A stretch of 63,784 nucleotides of DNA from Aplysia californica (lineage: Eukaryota): NCBI RefSeq assembly GCF_000002075.1, contig NW_004797283.1, forward strand, positions 1,232,551-1,296,334, in the 5' to 3' direction. Positions 13,301 to 24,702 of this stretch are shown piece by piece (position 1 is the stretch's first letter; the number at the start of each line of letters is the position of its first letter). The translations under genes were made by a program, and so were the position numbers. The notes beneath the pieces are model-generated. The model was given only the letters and a program-made list of their open reading frames with translations. It ran no database searches and was not told the origin of the DNA.

Positions 13301-16300
13301 TGTACCTTCAAAACACAATATGCATGTCAAAAGTCTTGTTGCTTTGTAACAAAAAGTATTGGTCTTTGACCAGCATTTTTGTAATACACAACCTCATGAC
13401 TCAGAGCGTGAAGCCATAAGGTGTGGAAATGCCCCACTTTAACTCTTTATCTCCGGCAAGCCGCTCCCAGTGGCTCGCAATCGGAACCGCTGTGCAAGTG
13501 AGCCGCTGGCAGCGGCTTGGCGCATTCCTTTACGATGACTTCAACATCAAATAACTTTTCTGTAATTGCCAAAAACAGGTCTCTTTTACAGAGAGTTCAT
13601 TCATTAGATGACAAACTATAAAATGTTCACTTTTTAAAATTTAATGACCCATTTAATGACGTTATTGTCATTTTTAGATTTAGTACCAAAAAAGGACCCG
13701 GCGTAGTGAGTTTACTCCTCTTGGAGATAAAGAGTTAAAGGCCAGAGTCTGTCTCATTAAACTGTTGTAAAAATCGGGTAGTACATACTCTTGACCATCC
13801 ACCGTCACCACAGGTATATTGTAGTGTTCTTTTGGAGCCTGATCTAAATGGAGAATGCCATGGAAGCCTACTTGAGCTGCTTCCACAATTTTACTGTAAC
13901 CTTCAATAAATTCTGATGGAGCTTCTGTCATAGTGTCTGTCTCAAGGTCCATTGTGATGCCTGCATGAAAAAAAAAGACAAGGAAACTAAAAAATATATA
14001 AATTTGGGTTCATCTTAGTGAGCTTGTTAATATCTTAGGTTGTTCTTGGTAACAGAAATTAAGTGATAGACCTTTGATGGCCTAATTTAAATCCAAGAGT
14101 TAATCTAAAAAGACAGTTTAAGGGAAAATCATCCAACATTTTTAAAAACTTAAAATCAACTGCTTTGTGTAAAACTCCACCATAAGAACCAAGGAAGATG
14201 TGAGGGTGTTTCTTACTATTTTTAGGTGTGATAAGGACATTCTTTATGGTAAGGAATTTTCAAATTTTGAATTTTGCCCACATGATGGAATAACAGCCTA
14301 CTCCTCTATAATTTTGAACCACCAAGGGATCTTTCAGGTGCCCAGGTGAACATGGGATCTCCAAGATTTTTAGTCCTTATCCGAGAATAGTGGCTCCCAA
14401 ATACACAGTCAAGACCCATGTCTAAGTCACAAGGAAACTTTTTTAGAAATACTGATTTGTTGAAACAAAAGGAACAAACCCTTAAACATTGTTTCTACTC
14501 TCAAAATCCACAAACAAAAAATATAAGAAAGTGAAGGTCAGGACCAAAACCATTGTGGGAGACATTGAAACTACAGTATACAGATGCAAATCATCAAGCA
14601 AAAAAAGTCTTACCTCCATGGAGATGAAAGTAGTGGTCGTTGAACATGAAATTTTTACATTTGAACTCAGGCCCCACAATGAGAGGAGGAAGTTCTCGTT
14701 CCGTACGGCACTCGTCAACTGAGGGATTAAAATATCAGACAAAATGAGAGTAAAATCAGTGCATTAAGTTTATTTTTCCTAAAAGTACATTCTTAACCAA
14801 GTCACTTTAACGTTCAACATTATAATATATAATAATAATAATTAATACAGTGATCTTCGGCTTAGGGCATGCATCTTGGGTGATAAGAAAAGTGTGCTAT
14901 TTTGCGAATAAGCTATTAAGCAAGTTTTGAAGGGGAGTGAACAAGAGTGAGTATTCTGTCAAACTTCACTGATTGATGTGAGAATTGAATAAAGAGAGGA
15001 AAATCAGGCTCTCTCTGAAACTCTGTTGACCAATCTAATTCAAACAGTTGACTTGCGAGTACCTCAATTAGCATAATACCCCAGAAGCACCAAATATATA
15101 TCTCTGCTGACTATCTCAAACAACAAAATCTTGACTGTTATAACGTTATACTAAATGTGCCAATATAAAAACCAAATCTCAAATAACAACAAACCATACA
15201 TGTCTAAAGTAACAAGATGTAGCAAAATAGACTCCCTTTTCCAAAATCCACGCTTATCGAAACTATAACATATCATTAAAGACACATATCTCACCAGTGG
15301 TTGGAGGGTGCCACTGGTCGGTTCTGCTTTATTTCTCTCCACATACAGTCTCTGTCTATTAGAGTTGGGGCGAATGGACAGACGGGTTTGTAACTCCCGG
15401 ATGCAGTCGGAGTGAGCAAGTAACGGACGGCCATACGAATGGACTGTGAATCTCAAGTTAGTTCATTTCTTGGGTCCGCTCCACAATTTTATTCACGAGT
15501 GAGTAGGCGAACGGACAAACTCTAGCAGACAAGATACTCGACATGAGGTTAGGCCTATCATCTATTGTTTGTCAGGCCTAATGTTTCAAGCCACTAGCTG
15601 TGCCACATGGAATGAGAGAGGCTGGTGATGTAGCATTATGTGTGTAACCTTTCACCTCACTGTGAACCTTCTAATTTATCATGAAGGCGAAAATTAAAAA
15701 GAATTCCGCCCAAAGGCCTTGGGGAGGGGGTAAAATGGCATCTCGCTACAATTTGGGGCAGAAGGGTGATGTTTATTGGGGGGGGGGGGGGGGGAATGCG
15801 GTGTAATATAACTGTGGTAGTAGTATGCAATGCACTGAGTTTCTCTGTCCATCTGTCAACCCGCTCTAATGCACAAAGTCTCTCTGTCCGCCCGTCCACT
15901 TGTTCGCTAAACGAACAGTTGTCTCTGCGTCCGATGTGTAGAGAGTAGCGAGAAGCGATTGAAGCTTCACAAGCGGACGGTTCACTATTCGTCCATTCGT
16001 TTGCAAGTAGTACCAGCAGACCGTTCATTACTCGCCAGTGTTGGTTTAGCGAGCCTGACCCAAACCTACCATCTATCAGTCTTGTTTATTCCTAGCACTT
16101 AACGACTGATACTGGCCGATGTGTTTCTTTTTACTTAAACAGAAAACATGCATCTCTATGCAGACTACTATTTTATAATATATAAAATTTGTGTACATCT
16201 AAATTAGAACCCACGGGTGGTTGGCGGGTGCTCTGGTGTGGTTTGATCCTCCTTTCCTATCAAAGATCTAGCACCCTTATCTCTCCTCCTTCTTTGTTGT

Positions 16301-19300
16301 GTTTGGTACTCTCTCGTAACACTCTTACTAAAACACTCACCTCCATACCGGGACATCAGCTTGTTGATGTCAGGTATTTTCATTCTTTTTCTCATGCCCA
16401 GTAAGAAAGGCGTCAGGTAACTGACAAGCTTCAGAAGCTCTAGCTGCCTGCGTGTTTCTTGCTTGGCTGCCATGTGTTTCTGCAAGTGGGGACAAGAGTA
16501 GGACCTTCGTAATTTTCTATAAGATTGGAGGGCACCCTCAGAAGGTTCAACTTTTCTCTCCTTCTGTTAGTTTCTTCCTGAACTATGCTCCTTATAAAGA
16601 TATGCTTCTCTTTAACAAAATTATTCAAGATTTCATTATTAAACCTATCACCTGGTGCTCATATGACCTTACGCAGTTGTGAGCGCCGAAAAAACCTTAC
16701 TAAAACAAACATATCACCTTCCACGACATCTACGAAAAAGTGGGATGGATCAGATTAATTATTTTTATATAATTACATTCAAAAGTTTCTGTCTTTCCTT
16801 TGTAACTTGAAGACCGTTAACAAAATTCTTGGGTAAAAAAAAGCAAGAAGAAGGAATATTCGTTCACAGATCTGCTTATCTTTCATAGGTGCAAATTAAA
16901 AGGTTTTTTGTCTCTCAAACAATGACAAGTTTGAAATTAAAAAACAGCAATCTCCCAATTTTATTCCTCCTTTATTTTCTCTAATTTTAACGTTCACCTC
17001 AAATATGTAATATCTTAGAGAGCAGAGGCATAATGTATACAAGCAACATACCTTGATGATCTCTTCATGCATTTGTAGTCTTGTCTTCAGTCTTTCATAT
17101 CCAGTATGGTCTATCTGGTTGTCAAGAAGACTTACGATACTGGACACTTCATAATCTGCCCTGTAGGGGAAAAACATCTTTTTCAGAATACCATCTTTAA
17201 TTCATATAGCTGTGTATTCATTATAATTTTTTTTTTTATCTTCTGTAACAAGCAAGATCATTTTCAAGCCATTTTTCAAGCATAAAGAACCATTCATATT
17301 CTTATAAATGTGCATCATTTCTAAATTGTGAAAGGGCTGACAGATTCACAACTTTCATGCAAAGAGAAAATCTCCGATGCTTTAAATTTATACAACATTA
17401 CAACTGCTCAGTGTGAAACTCCGTTGTATCTCACTTTTCATAATGGTGTATAGCGGAGTCTTACACTATGCAGTCGATAATGATTATTTTCCCCCCCTAT
17501 AAGGATTTAGTTTCAGTACACAAGATCTCAGCTTGAAGGAGGAAGAGCTGTACACTAGTGAGGAAAAATAAAAAAGGGGACATTTCCAATAAACTGGAAA
17601 GTTCCCTACATTCTCCACACTGCTTTAAACTCCATGCAAAACCTCCACAATAAATAAATTTCAAAATATATGTACATTAAAATTACTGGTTGTGATGTTT
17701 TCACAGACTCGCATAATCCCTGTTTAAAAAGTAAATAGTCACCATCAAAGTTTCTCAATTTTGAACATATTTTTTTCTTAAACTGTACTTGTAGTAAGTA
17801 TTCTAACAATTTCTTAATGATAACTGAATTACGAAGGAATTTTACAAAATGGAAAAATAACCACCACATTCCACCAAAAACAAATAACAAATAACAGATC
17901 AATATAATCAAAAAAGTGCAAAGAAACAAAAGGAGTAGACCTGACTTTTACCAGCAACTACTACCCAACCATTCATAAAGGTATCAGTGAAACTAACAAG
18001 AAGATGATAAAGACCCAGAACAAAATAAGATCTATAGAAATACTACTTACTGCACTATATACATATTCTTGTAGCTTTCTGCTTTATCCTGGCAAAAAGT
18101 AAGCTTCATACTCAGACTGTCAACATGACTCATGAAAAAACGACGCTCTTCTGCCATCTCAGCATCCCCTGCAATTTCTGCTGGCATTTCGTCATAGATG
18201 TTGCCGAAATCTGGATCTTTTGTGATGTCTAAGAGACCTTTCAGAAAAAAAAATAAAAATTTGTAAGTGTTTTACGGCACTTGCAACACAATAAGGTCAT
18301 ATAAGTGCCGAAGATTAGAGGTGTTACAAGAGAGTAACAAACACAAAAAGAAGGAGGGGAGATAAAGACCATAGATGTTTGATAGGAAAGAAGAAGCAAA
18401 CCACACCAGAGCACCTGCCAACCACCCACAGAAAAATTATGGGTTTTGCTTTCAATAATGAAAAATTAATTAACAAAACATCAAAGAGCGTCCAAGCCTC
18501 TCTAAGAATTGATAAAACATCAGAGCAGATTTCATGAAGAAAGAACACTTTCACTGATAAAAGATTCAATAATTACTGAAAACCAAGCACTGCACTTCTG
18601 ATATATATACAGAATTCATATCTAGCAGGCCTCACACCAAGTGAAGTCAACATTGCGTAAATCATTGAGTAGACAGATCAAAAGTGGTCTGAAATGCTTC
18701 CAAATAAACTGAGTATGCTGCATTACTATGAGGGAGAAAGTTCGGGGGGGGGGGGGGAGAGACTTTCCCAGGCCAAACAAAGCCCATGTAGGCATTTAAT
18801 AAGGGTATGCAAAAGAAATAAAGCATTAAGATGAAAATTCTGATGTTATGAAGGGTTTCAAACTTAACGCTAAAACAAAATAACAATACACAACAGATAA
18901 TTATCCCGATGAGCATATCTTTCCACTATCAAAAAATACACATGGCATGTATGGTCAAAATTATCCAATATGCCCACCCGTTGTCAAGGGGAACATTGTC
19001 TGTCTCAGACAATTGGACATATTGTCATTATAATATGTGTCACAACACAATGGAATCAGGCGCTCGTCAATTTTTGGGCATATGGAGTTGTTAGTATCAT
19101 CTTAAGGGTTGTTCATTAGTCTTGCTTTCGATGAAAAAAATATCCATTTATCTAGAATAGAAGTCGAGATACTGGAGATTGAAGAAGGTGGGGTCCCCTG
19201 GTTTCAGAAGTAAAATTAGCGAGAAAATGGCTGCAAAAAGTTGGTGACTTCCAAAGCTAAAGAGTCCCTGCAAATTCACATTTTTGTGCCTTTAATCAAT

Positions 19301-21790
19301 GTTTTTTCATAAAAATTCATATAAAAGTGTTTTTGAATGGACAACATACAAGGCATTGAGTCAAAAAACAAAAATTTTTTCAATATTTCCAAACTGGCAG
19401 AAAAATGCTGATTTCTCGCATTTTATTATTTTGACAAGCACCTGATTTCACCATGATGCCTCGCATACGGAAAAAAAAACTTAAGGGGGGTGTGGGAAGT
19501 GGACATCTGTACTGCTGTTTGTCTTGGACAGGTGGCCATTAGAGCAGATTCAACTGTAGTTTTTTTTTAAAACACCACAAAGTTCTGTTTCACGATGTAG
19601 GCCTACATTGTGGACATATGTGTTACTTGACTTACATACATGAGGACAAATACACTTTCCGTCTTTCCTTCCTAAACTGTAAAATGCCATCAATTCACCA
19701 CTGATTGAACGGGAGTGATTACTCTCTGTAATTCCTTCTCTCTCCTTATTTTTATATCTTCTGAACATAATAATAATAACATAGTCAAGCACCCATAACC
19801 ATAAAAATATTGAAGCACAGTAACATACTCAAATGGTAAACTCATGGAAAATTGTAGGTTAATAACTCTTATACAGCCTTTGAATCGTAAATGAAACTAT
19901 CAGTTTTATCAGATTGGGTTCAGTGAAAGGTCTGCATTAACTCTTTCCCTACATTGCAATTTTCCTCACTGCAATACTATTTTGCAGGCTAAAGGGATCG
20001 AAATCAAATGGCGGCAGGATCAGAAACGGAAGCCATTCTGCAGACATTTTTTCCATATGACTGTATAAAGGAATAATGTTATTTCTTCTAGACTTTTTAC
20101 AGAAACACAAAATGTCATACAACAAAATGCAAGAAAACAAACTGCCTATCAGACAATTCAAAGAAAAAGTAGTTTAGGCGTAAAATAGAAGTCTGTGTAA
20201 ATCTGTAGAGATTATTTATATAAAGAACAAATTTATTGAGCCGCGAAAACAAAATATGGGTCACCTATGCCGTAGAATGCAGCTTGAGATAGAGATTGAG
20301 TTAAGTATGCAACTCACACTGCCCAGTTTCACAAATATCACATGAAAATAGTGTAAACATTGATATTTAAAGCATTTACCTGCACTTAGAAACTCAGTCA
20401 GAAGAGGCTTCTTTGTCTCAGGTTTTCCGGACGCATTCACATCTAGATTTGTGCGCCATCGTTCAGAGAATTTAGTCCTTTTGTCTTTTGGAAAGTAGGC
20501 TCCATGCCATAGTGCTTTCATCATGTAGTCCACAGCTATCAAAAGCTGTCCAATGCGGGTGTCTTGATAGGCAGGAGGAATATTGCACACAGTAGCCAAG
20601 TCATAGTTAGCTTCCAATGAGATCAGTGGCGTTTGATGCATTACATACATACCAATTGTTAACTCTCGGATGATATTATGAACCTCTCTGAAAAAGATAA
20701 TATATTTATATTTAACAATTTCAAAGATTCATAAGACAGAACTAATTGAACAGTACATTCTTTCAAGATAAGATAAGATTAGATTAGATAAGATAAGATA
20801 TGATAAGATAAGGTAATGAAAGGTAAGGTAAGGTAAGATAAGATAAGATAGATAAGATAATACTTTATTGTCTCAGAGGGAAATCTTTCTTGGCTGTACA
20901 GGACAGTAAAAACACATGCAGGTATATATAAAATTTTAATTAGGCCTACATATTACTCTCATTAAAATTCAATGTCAAACGAAAAGTAAAGCTGACAAAT
21001 GTACATCACATCAGATGAATCATTCAACCACTTGCAGGAATTTAATTACAAGACCCTCGAGTTATATAGATTTATACTTGAAAAAGCAATACACATTCGT
21101 GTTTATTCTGACAGCAACCTTTTACTTGACGGTAAAAGACTTTTTTTGTATCTTTCTTTCTTTCTTTGTTCTTAGAGGTACATATCTGTCACTGTGTAAT
21201 CTTTCAGTTTGTGTGGAAAAGGTGTGTGATGGGTCTTTAATAACACTTTTCATCTTTTTTATACTTGTGATTAAAAAATTTATAACAAATACGGAGATCT
21301 GTAAGAGCCTTGTCGCCATTGAGCAGTGCCTGTAGTATACAAAAAAACTCATTCAGAAATACATACACTTTTTTCTAAATATTATGTTGATTTACGAATG
21401 ACAGAGTAAAAAGATTTATTTTGTACAATCAATATCCTTCAAAAACACACAAGAATAACAAGAATAATAGGATTTTTTAGTACCTATTATTACTGGAAAC
21501 ATGAGCACATAAAGATCATAATGAATGCTTTCCTACCTATAACACAAGGGTGGGCTTTTGTCATCCACTGGAAACAGAATTATTGCTGCGTCATCTTTAG
21601 GAGAAATGTTTGAGATAAGACCTTGAGGCTGATCAGTAGGAAGACGAAACACATCTGTCGAAAGCATCCAGTGCGCCATGCTGAATGCCAAGAGTTCTTG
21701 ACTATCGTATCTTTCTAGATTATCAAAGTAAGACGCTGCCTCTCTTATTAGAGTTCCCATCTGGGAAGTTTCATCCAGAGGACTTGCCAT
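249..21790 (-). CDS. ANKAR: Ankyrin and armadillo repeat-containing protein; 3' part lies beyond the left edge of the window
   Basis: Hand-spliced exons, all GT-AG and phase-compatible: 21537-21790, 20380-20687, 18051-18237, 17052-17160, 16341-16479, 14614-14718, 13789-13960, 11597-11780, 10714-10933, 8354-8555, 6965-7173, 5508-5612, 4712-4938, 3971-4157, 2025-2118, 1297-1447, 249-402 (3007 nt). N-terminal ANKAR-type motifs: SLEANYD...PPAYQDTRIGQLLIAVDYMMKALWHG and TERELPP...YFHLHGG. Ankyrin repeats (GLSFLHHAA, GPTALHMAA, GWAPIHHAA, STPLLLAA) are followed by ARM repeats (GGIAPLVNLL, GGLEPLVEFL). An acceptor at 21798-21799 implies an upstream non-coding exon. Confidence 0.95.
368..633. repeat. 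133-bp tandem duplication spanning an ANKAR acceptor site
   Basis: 368-500 and 501-633 are nearly identical. Confidence 0.9.
748..835. repeat. (ATC)n microsatellite
   Basis: Direct reading. Confidence 0.95.
2178..2630. mobile_element. Non-autonomous DNA element family F (about 440 bp)
   Basis: Subterminal IR GGAATCAGGCGCTC / GAGCGCCTGATTTC; homologous copies at 19033-19467 and 34940-35381, partial copy at 6049-6281. Confidence 0.75.
2664..2836 (+). repeat. Interspersed repeat A (about 170 bp, SINE-like 3' module)
   Basis: GGGTGGTTGG...TATATGACC...GCAAGTGCC...CTTACTAAAA consensus shared with about 10 copies in the window. Confidence 0.8.
3341..3411. repeat. (CA)n microsatellite
   Basis: Direct reading. 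Confidence 0.95.
4205..4575. other. N-run (assembly gap or hard mask); others at 5042-5195, 24053-24239, 24934-25137, 26573-26703, 58588-58896 and 59921-60074
   Basis: Runs of N, several bordered by low-complexity sequence. Confidence 0.95.
6630..6685 (-). mobile_element. Minimal 56-bp LINE-tail retro-insertion with 13-bp TSD
   Basis: Same 3' tail as 40581-41141, flanked by AACTATAATGTAT at 6617-6629 and 6686-6698. Confidence 0.85.
7217..7394 (-). repeat. Interspersed repeat A
   Basis: Reverse-complement match to the repeat-A consensus. Confidence 0.85.
7968..8298 (+). mobile_element. tRNA-derived SINE family C (CORE-like centre, L2-like (ATT)n tail)
   Basis: B-box-like GGTTAGAATC, TGTGTCCTTGGGAAAGGCACTT core and GCGCTATACAAAT...(ATT)n tail; homologous copies at about 55150 and 57811. 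Confidence 0.75.
8921..9061. repeat. About 70-bp tandem duplication
   Basis: ATAACATTCATATGTC...ATGACTACTA occurs twice. Confidence 0.85.
9516..9638 (-). CDS. ANKAR: Candidate in-frame cassette exon of ANKAR (41 codons, Ser/Thr-rich)
   Basis: TTTTCTCAG acceptor (AG 9640-9639) and G|GTAATC donor (GT 9515-9514). The 123-nt segment is phase 1-1, matching the host intron, and open in the ANKAR frame: GRMWDPGSLSSSMTISTTTLNVSVRSFRSTSSSLSLIKFPD. Confidence 0.5.
10244..10354. repeat. (GT)n microsatellite
   Basis: Direct reading. Confidence 0.9.
10447..10678. repeat. Compound (AGT/GGT/AGC)n microsatellite
   Basis: Direct reading. Confidence 0.9.
12422..13302. mobile_element. Tc1/mariner-pogo-type non-autonomous element (TA TSD)
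   Basis: TA|CAGTCAAACC ... GATTTGATTG|TA with subterminal GCCACCTGT repeats; related shorter copies at about 1557-1741, 3762-3939, 5960-6046 and 19500-19556. Confidence 0.7.
13443..13734. mobile_element. piggyBac-like MITE
   Basis: Perfect 12-bp TIR CTCTTTATCTCC/GGAGATAAAGAG flanked by TTAA at 13439-13442 and 13735-13738. Confidence 0.85.
16215..16334 (+). repeat. Interspersed repeat A (internal deletion)
   Basis: Matches the consensus and ends within 7 bp of the ANKAR exon boundary at 16341. Confidence 0.85.
18260..18429 (-). repeat. Interspersed repeat A
   Basis: Reverse-complement match, about 20 bp from the ANKAR acceptor at 18238-18239. Confidence 0.85.
19033..19467. mobile_element. 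Family F copy
   Basis: Colinear with 2178-2630. Confidence 0.75.
20765..20860. repeat. (AAGAT/AAGGT)n pentanucleotide repeat
   Basis: Direct reading. Confidence 0.9.
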
Positions 21791-22086
21791 GATTCACCTG
21801 AGGAGGATGGGAAATTTTAATGGATACACAAGAACAATTCCATCATTTACAAAACTCTTGAGCGCTATGGAGATAATATCATTTTTTTTCTTATACCTTA
21901 AACCTTATACTATACTATACTATACTAGAAAAGCCTACAACATTAAAGAGGTTATAATAAGACAATAGCCTGCGTCAGTAACATCACCCTCATAAACAAA
22001 TGGGAAGTTGCATGTGCCCGCTCTTGCACACTGAGCATCTATGCTGGCGAAGGCAAAATCTAGCACCATCCCACTACAAAAATAAT

Positions 22087-23866
22087 CTGCTGTTCTTGAG
22101 TGTGAAGATTTTTTAAGGTTTGTTTTGTTTTGGATATTTTTGGGTTATTGTTATCTAATCATGTAGCATACATGCATACACAACGTAGCAAAAGCTGGAG
22201 GAAAACATAATTCAATTTAAATATTTGTCTTTATCGGGGGGGGGGCGCAAAGTGTGTAAATGAAATTGTTTATTAAAAATACACGTTAAAATGAATTTGC
22301 TGGCTTCCTTTTCCTTCCCCTCATTTTCTACAAGCAGTAAAGTCTAAACTATCTTTATCCAAGAACAATTTCAGAAGATCGTGCTCATCTTATGAGAGAA
22401 AGTTCAGAGACTTTCCCCTAAGCGTTGGAAATTCTTGGGGCCCTACTCTTTCATAATTTATGCAAAACATTTGATAAAATAGTTTTTGTCCTTTATTTTC
22501 TAATGTTTCCATTCTCTATATCTCTCCATGTGGTCTGAAAAAAGAACCTCATTAATGAGTTTTACAGTTTTGATAAGAACACCATTATCTGCAGCGTTCA
22601 TGCCACTGCAGGCATCAACATTGTTACAAGACGGGGAGTGTCTGGGTTTTGTTGGGTTTTTTATATCCTTGGTTTCTTCTGAACTGGTTCTTTACTTTAT
22701 GAGCAGAGTGAGAGGGGAACAGTGATGGCACTACCGTTGAACCCAATACTTCCTTTTAAAGTGTATCAGGTTCATAACCTTTTGAAAAAAAATTCTCTTG
22801 CACTAAAAGCTTACACATAGATCTACATGTAAAAACTGAAATTATTTTCCTTTTCATGCCGGTTGAACACCCATGCATGACACAAGAATGTGCCATCATT
22901 ATTGCTACAGAACTATAGTATATAGTATACTAAAGTATTTTTACTGATAGGCTCCTTATATCTGTCTGCTGTTCTTGAGTGTGAAGCATTGAGTTCCAGC
23001 TCTTTCCTGATATTTTTAAAGGTTTGGGTTTTTTTGGATATTTTAAAATTGTTATCTAATCATATGGCATACATGCACACACAATGTAGCAACAGCTGAT
23101 GGAAAACATAAATTCAATTTAAATATTTGTTATTGTTATTATCGGGGGGGGGGGGGGGGGAAGTGTGTAAATGAAATTGTTTATTAAAAACACAAGTTAA
23201 AATGAATTTGCTTGCTTCCTTTTCCTTCCCCTCATTTTCTATAAGCAAGTAAAGTCTAAAATATCTTTATCCAAGCACAATTTCAGGAGAGCGTGCTCAT
23301 CTTTTGGGAGAAAGTTCAGAGACTTTCCCCCTAAGCGTTGGAAATTCTTGGAGCCCTACTCTTTAATAATTTATACAAAACATTTGATAAAATAGTTTTT
23401 GTCCTTTATTTTCTAATGTTTCCATTCTCTATATCTCTCCATGTGGTCTGAAAAAAGAACCTCATTAATGAGTTTTACAGTTTTGATAAGAACACCATTA
23501 TCTGCAGCGTTCATGCCACTGCAGGCATCAACATTGTTACAAGACGGGGAGTGTCTGGGTTTTGTTGGGGGGGTTTTATATCCTTGGTTTCTTCTGAACT
23601 GGTTTGAGCAGAGTGAAAGGGGAACAGTGATGGCACTACCGTTGAACCCAATACTTCCTTTTAAAGTGTGTCAGGTTCATAATATTTTGAAAAAAAATTC
23701 TCTTGCACTAAAAGCTTACATATAGGCCTACATGTAAAAACTGAAATTACTTTCCTTTTCATGCCCGTTGAACACCCATGCATGACACAAGAATGTACCA
23801 TCATTATCGCTACAGAGCTATTGTACTAGCATTACCACTTAAGTATTTTACTGATAGGCTCCTTAT
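22087..23866. repeat. About 0.9-kb diverged tandem duplication
   Basis: About 22087-22960 aligns with about 22965-23866, with scattered substitutions and indels. Confidence 0.9.
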
Positions 23867-23889
23867 AATATATATTATATATATATATA

Positions 23890-24702
23890 CAGTGGAAACC
23901 ATATATAACAGGTCCGGTAATAACAGGGATCCGGTAATAACAGGGATTTTTAGAAATCCCCGATTTTTCTTACTCTTTGTCTCTATTAAAAGTTATCGGC
24001 AATAACAGGGCCTCTTTGGAGCCCAACCGGTTATAGCAGGGACAAAAGCTCGNNNNNNNNNNNNNNNNNNNNNNNNNNNNNNNNNNNNNNNNNNNNNNNN
24101 NNNNNNNNNNNNNNNNNNNNNNNNNNNNNNNNNNNNNNNNNNNNNNNNNNNNNNNNNNNNNNNNNNNNNNNNNNNNNNNNNNNNNNNNNNNNNNNNNNNN
24201 NNNNNNNNNNNNNNNNNNNNNNNNNNNNNNNNNNNNNNNAAGCCTACGCTATCCATGCCACTGCAAGCACGCGCAGCGTGTAAAGCGAGAGAGGGCTGCG
24301 GTGTGCTGGTTACCACGATCTAGCCCGAAACCTAGCAACACGCACGCGTAATGTGTCGCCAACGATGTCAAGCGCAAGAGAAAATGCCTTTCAGTTGACA
24401 AAATAAAACAACATGAAATAATCCAGGCTGTTGACAAAAAGCAAGCTCCACTGGCAGGGACTACCCAATGCAGCTGCTGTGGATCAAGCTCTTCTGATGT
24501 GATTTAAGGAGGAGGCAAGGAGAAAGTTGGTGCCAAAACCCCTGTTCGTGGGTACTTGTGGCCAAGGAAACTACCCATGAATAAGTACAGCTGGATTAGT
24601 CCACAAATGCTTACTTTCCTTGCATTTCTGATTTAACAGGGATCGGATATAACAGGACATTTTCTCTACTCCCACCATCCCTGTTATATCAGGTTTCCAC
24701 TG
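23890..24702. mobile_element. pogo/Tigger-like MITE inserted in a (TA)n tract
   Basis: 23-bp TIR CAGTGGAAACC..TATAACAGG with 2 mismatches, TA flanks; contains an N-run. Confidence 0.85.

Noticed and set aside
15151-15456. 101-aa minus-strand ORF with a CTG|GTGAGA donor as an ANKAR exon
   Set aside because: The phase does not fit the phase-1 host intron, and the compatible frame has a stop.
22528-23725. Two similar plus-strand ORFs (MWSEKRTSL...) as a duplicated gene
   Set aside because: By-product of the tandem duplication; frameshifted relative to each other, with no recognisable domain.
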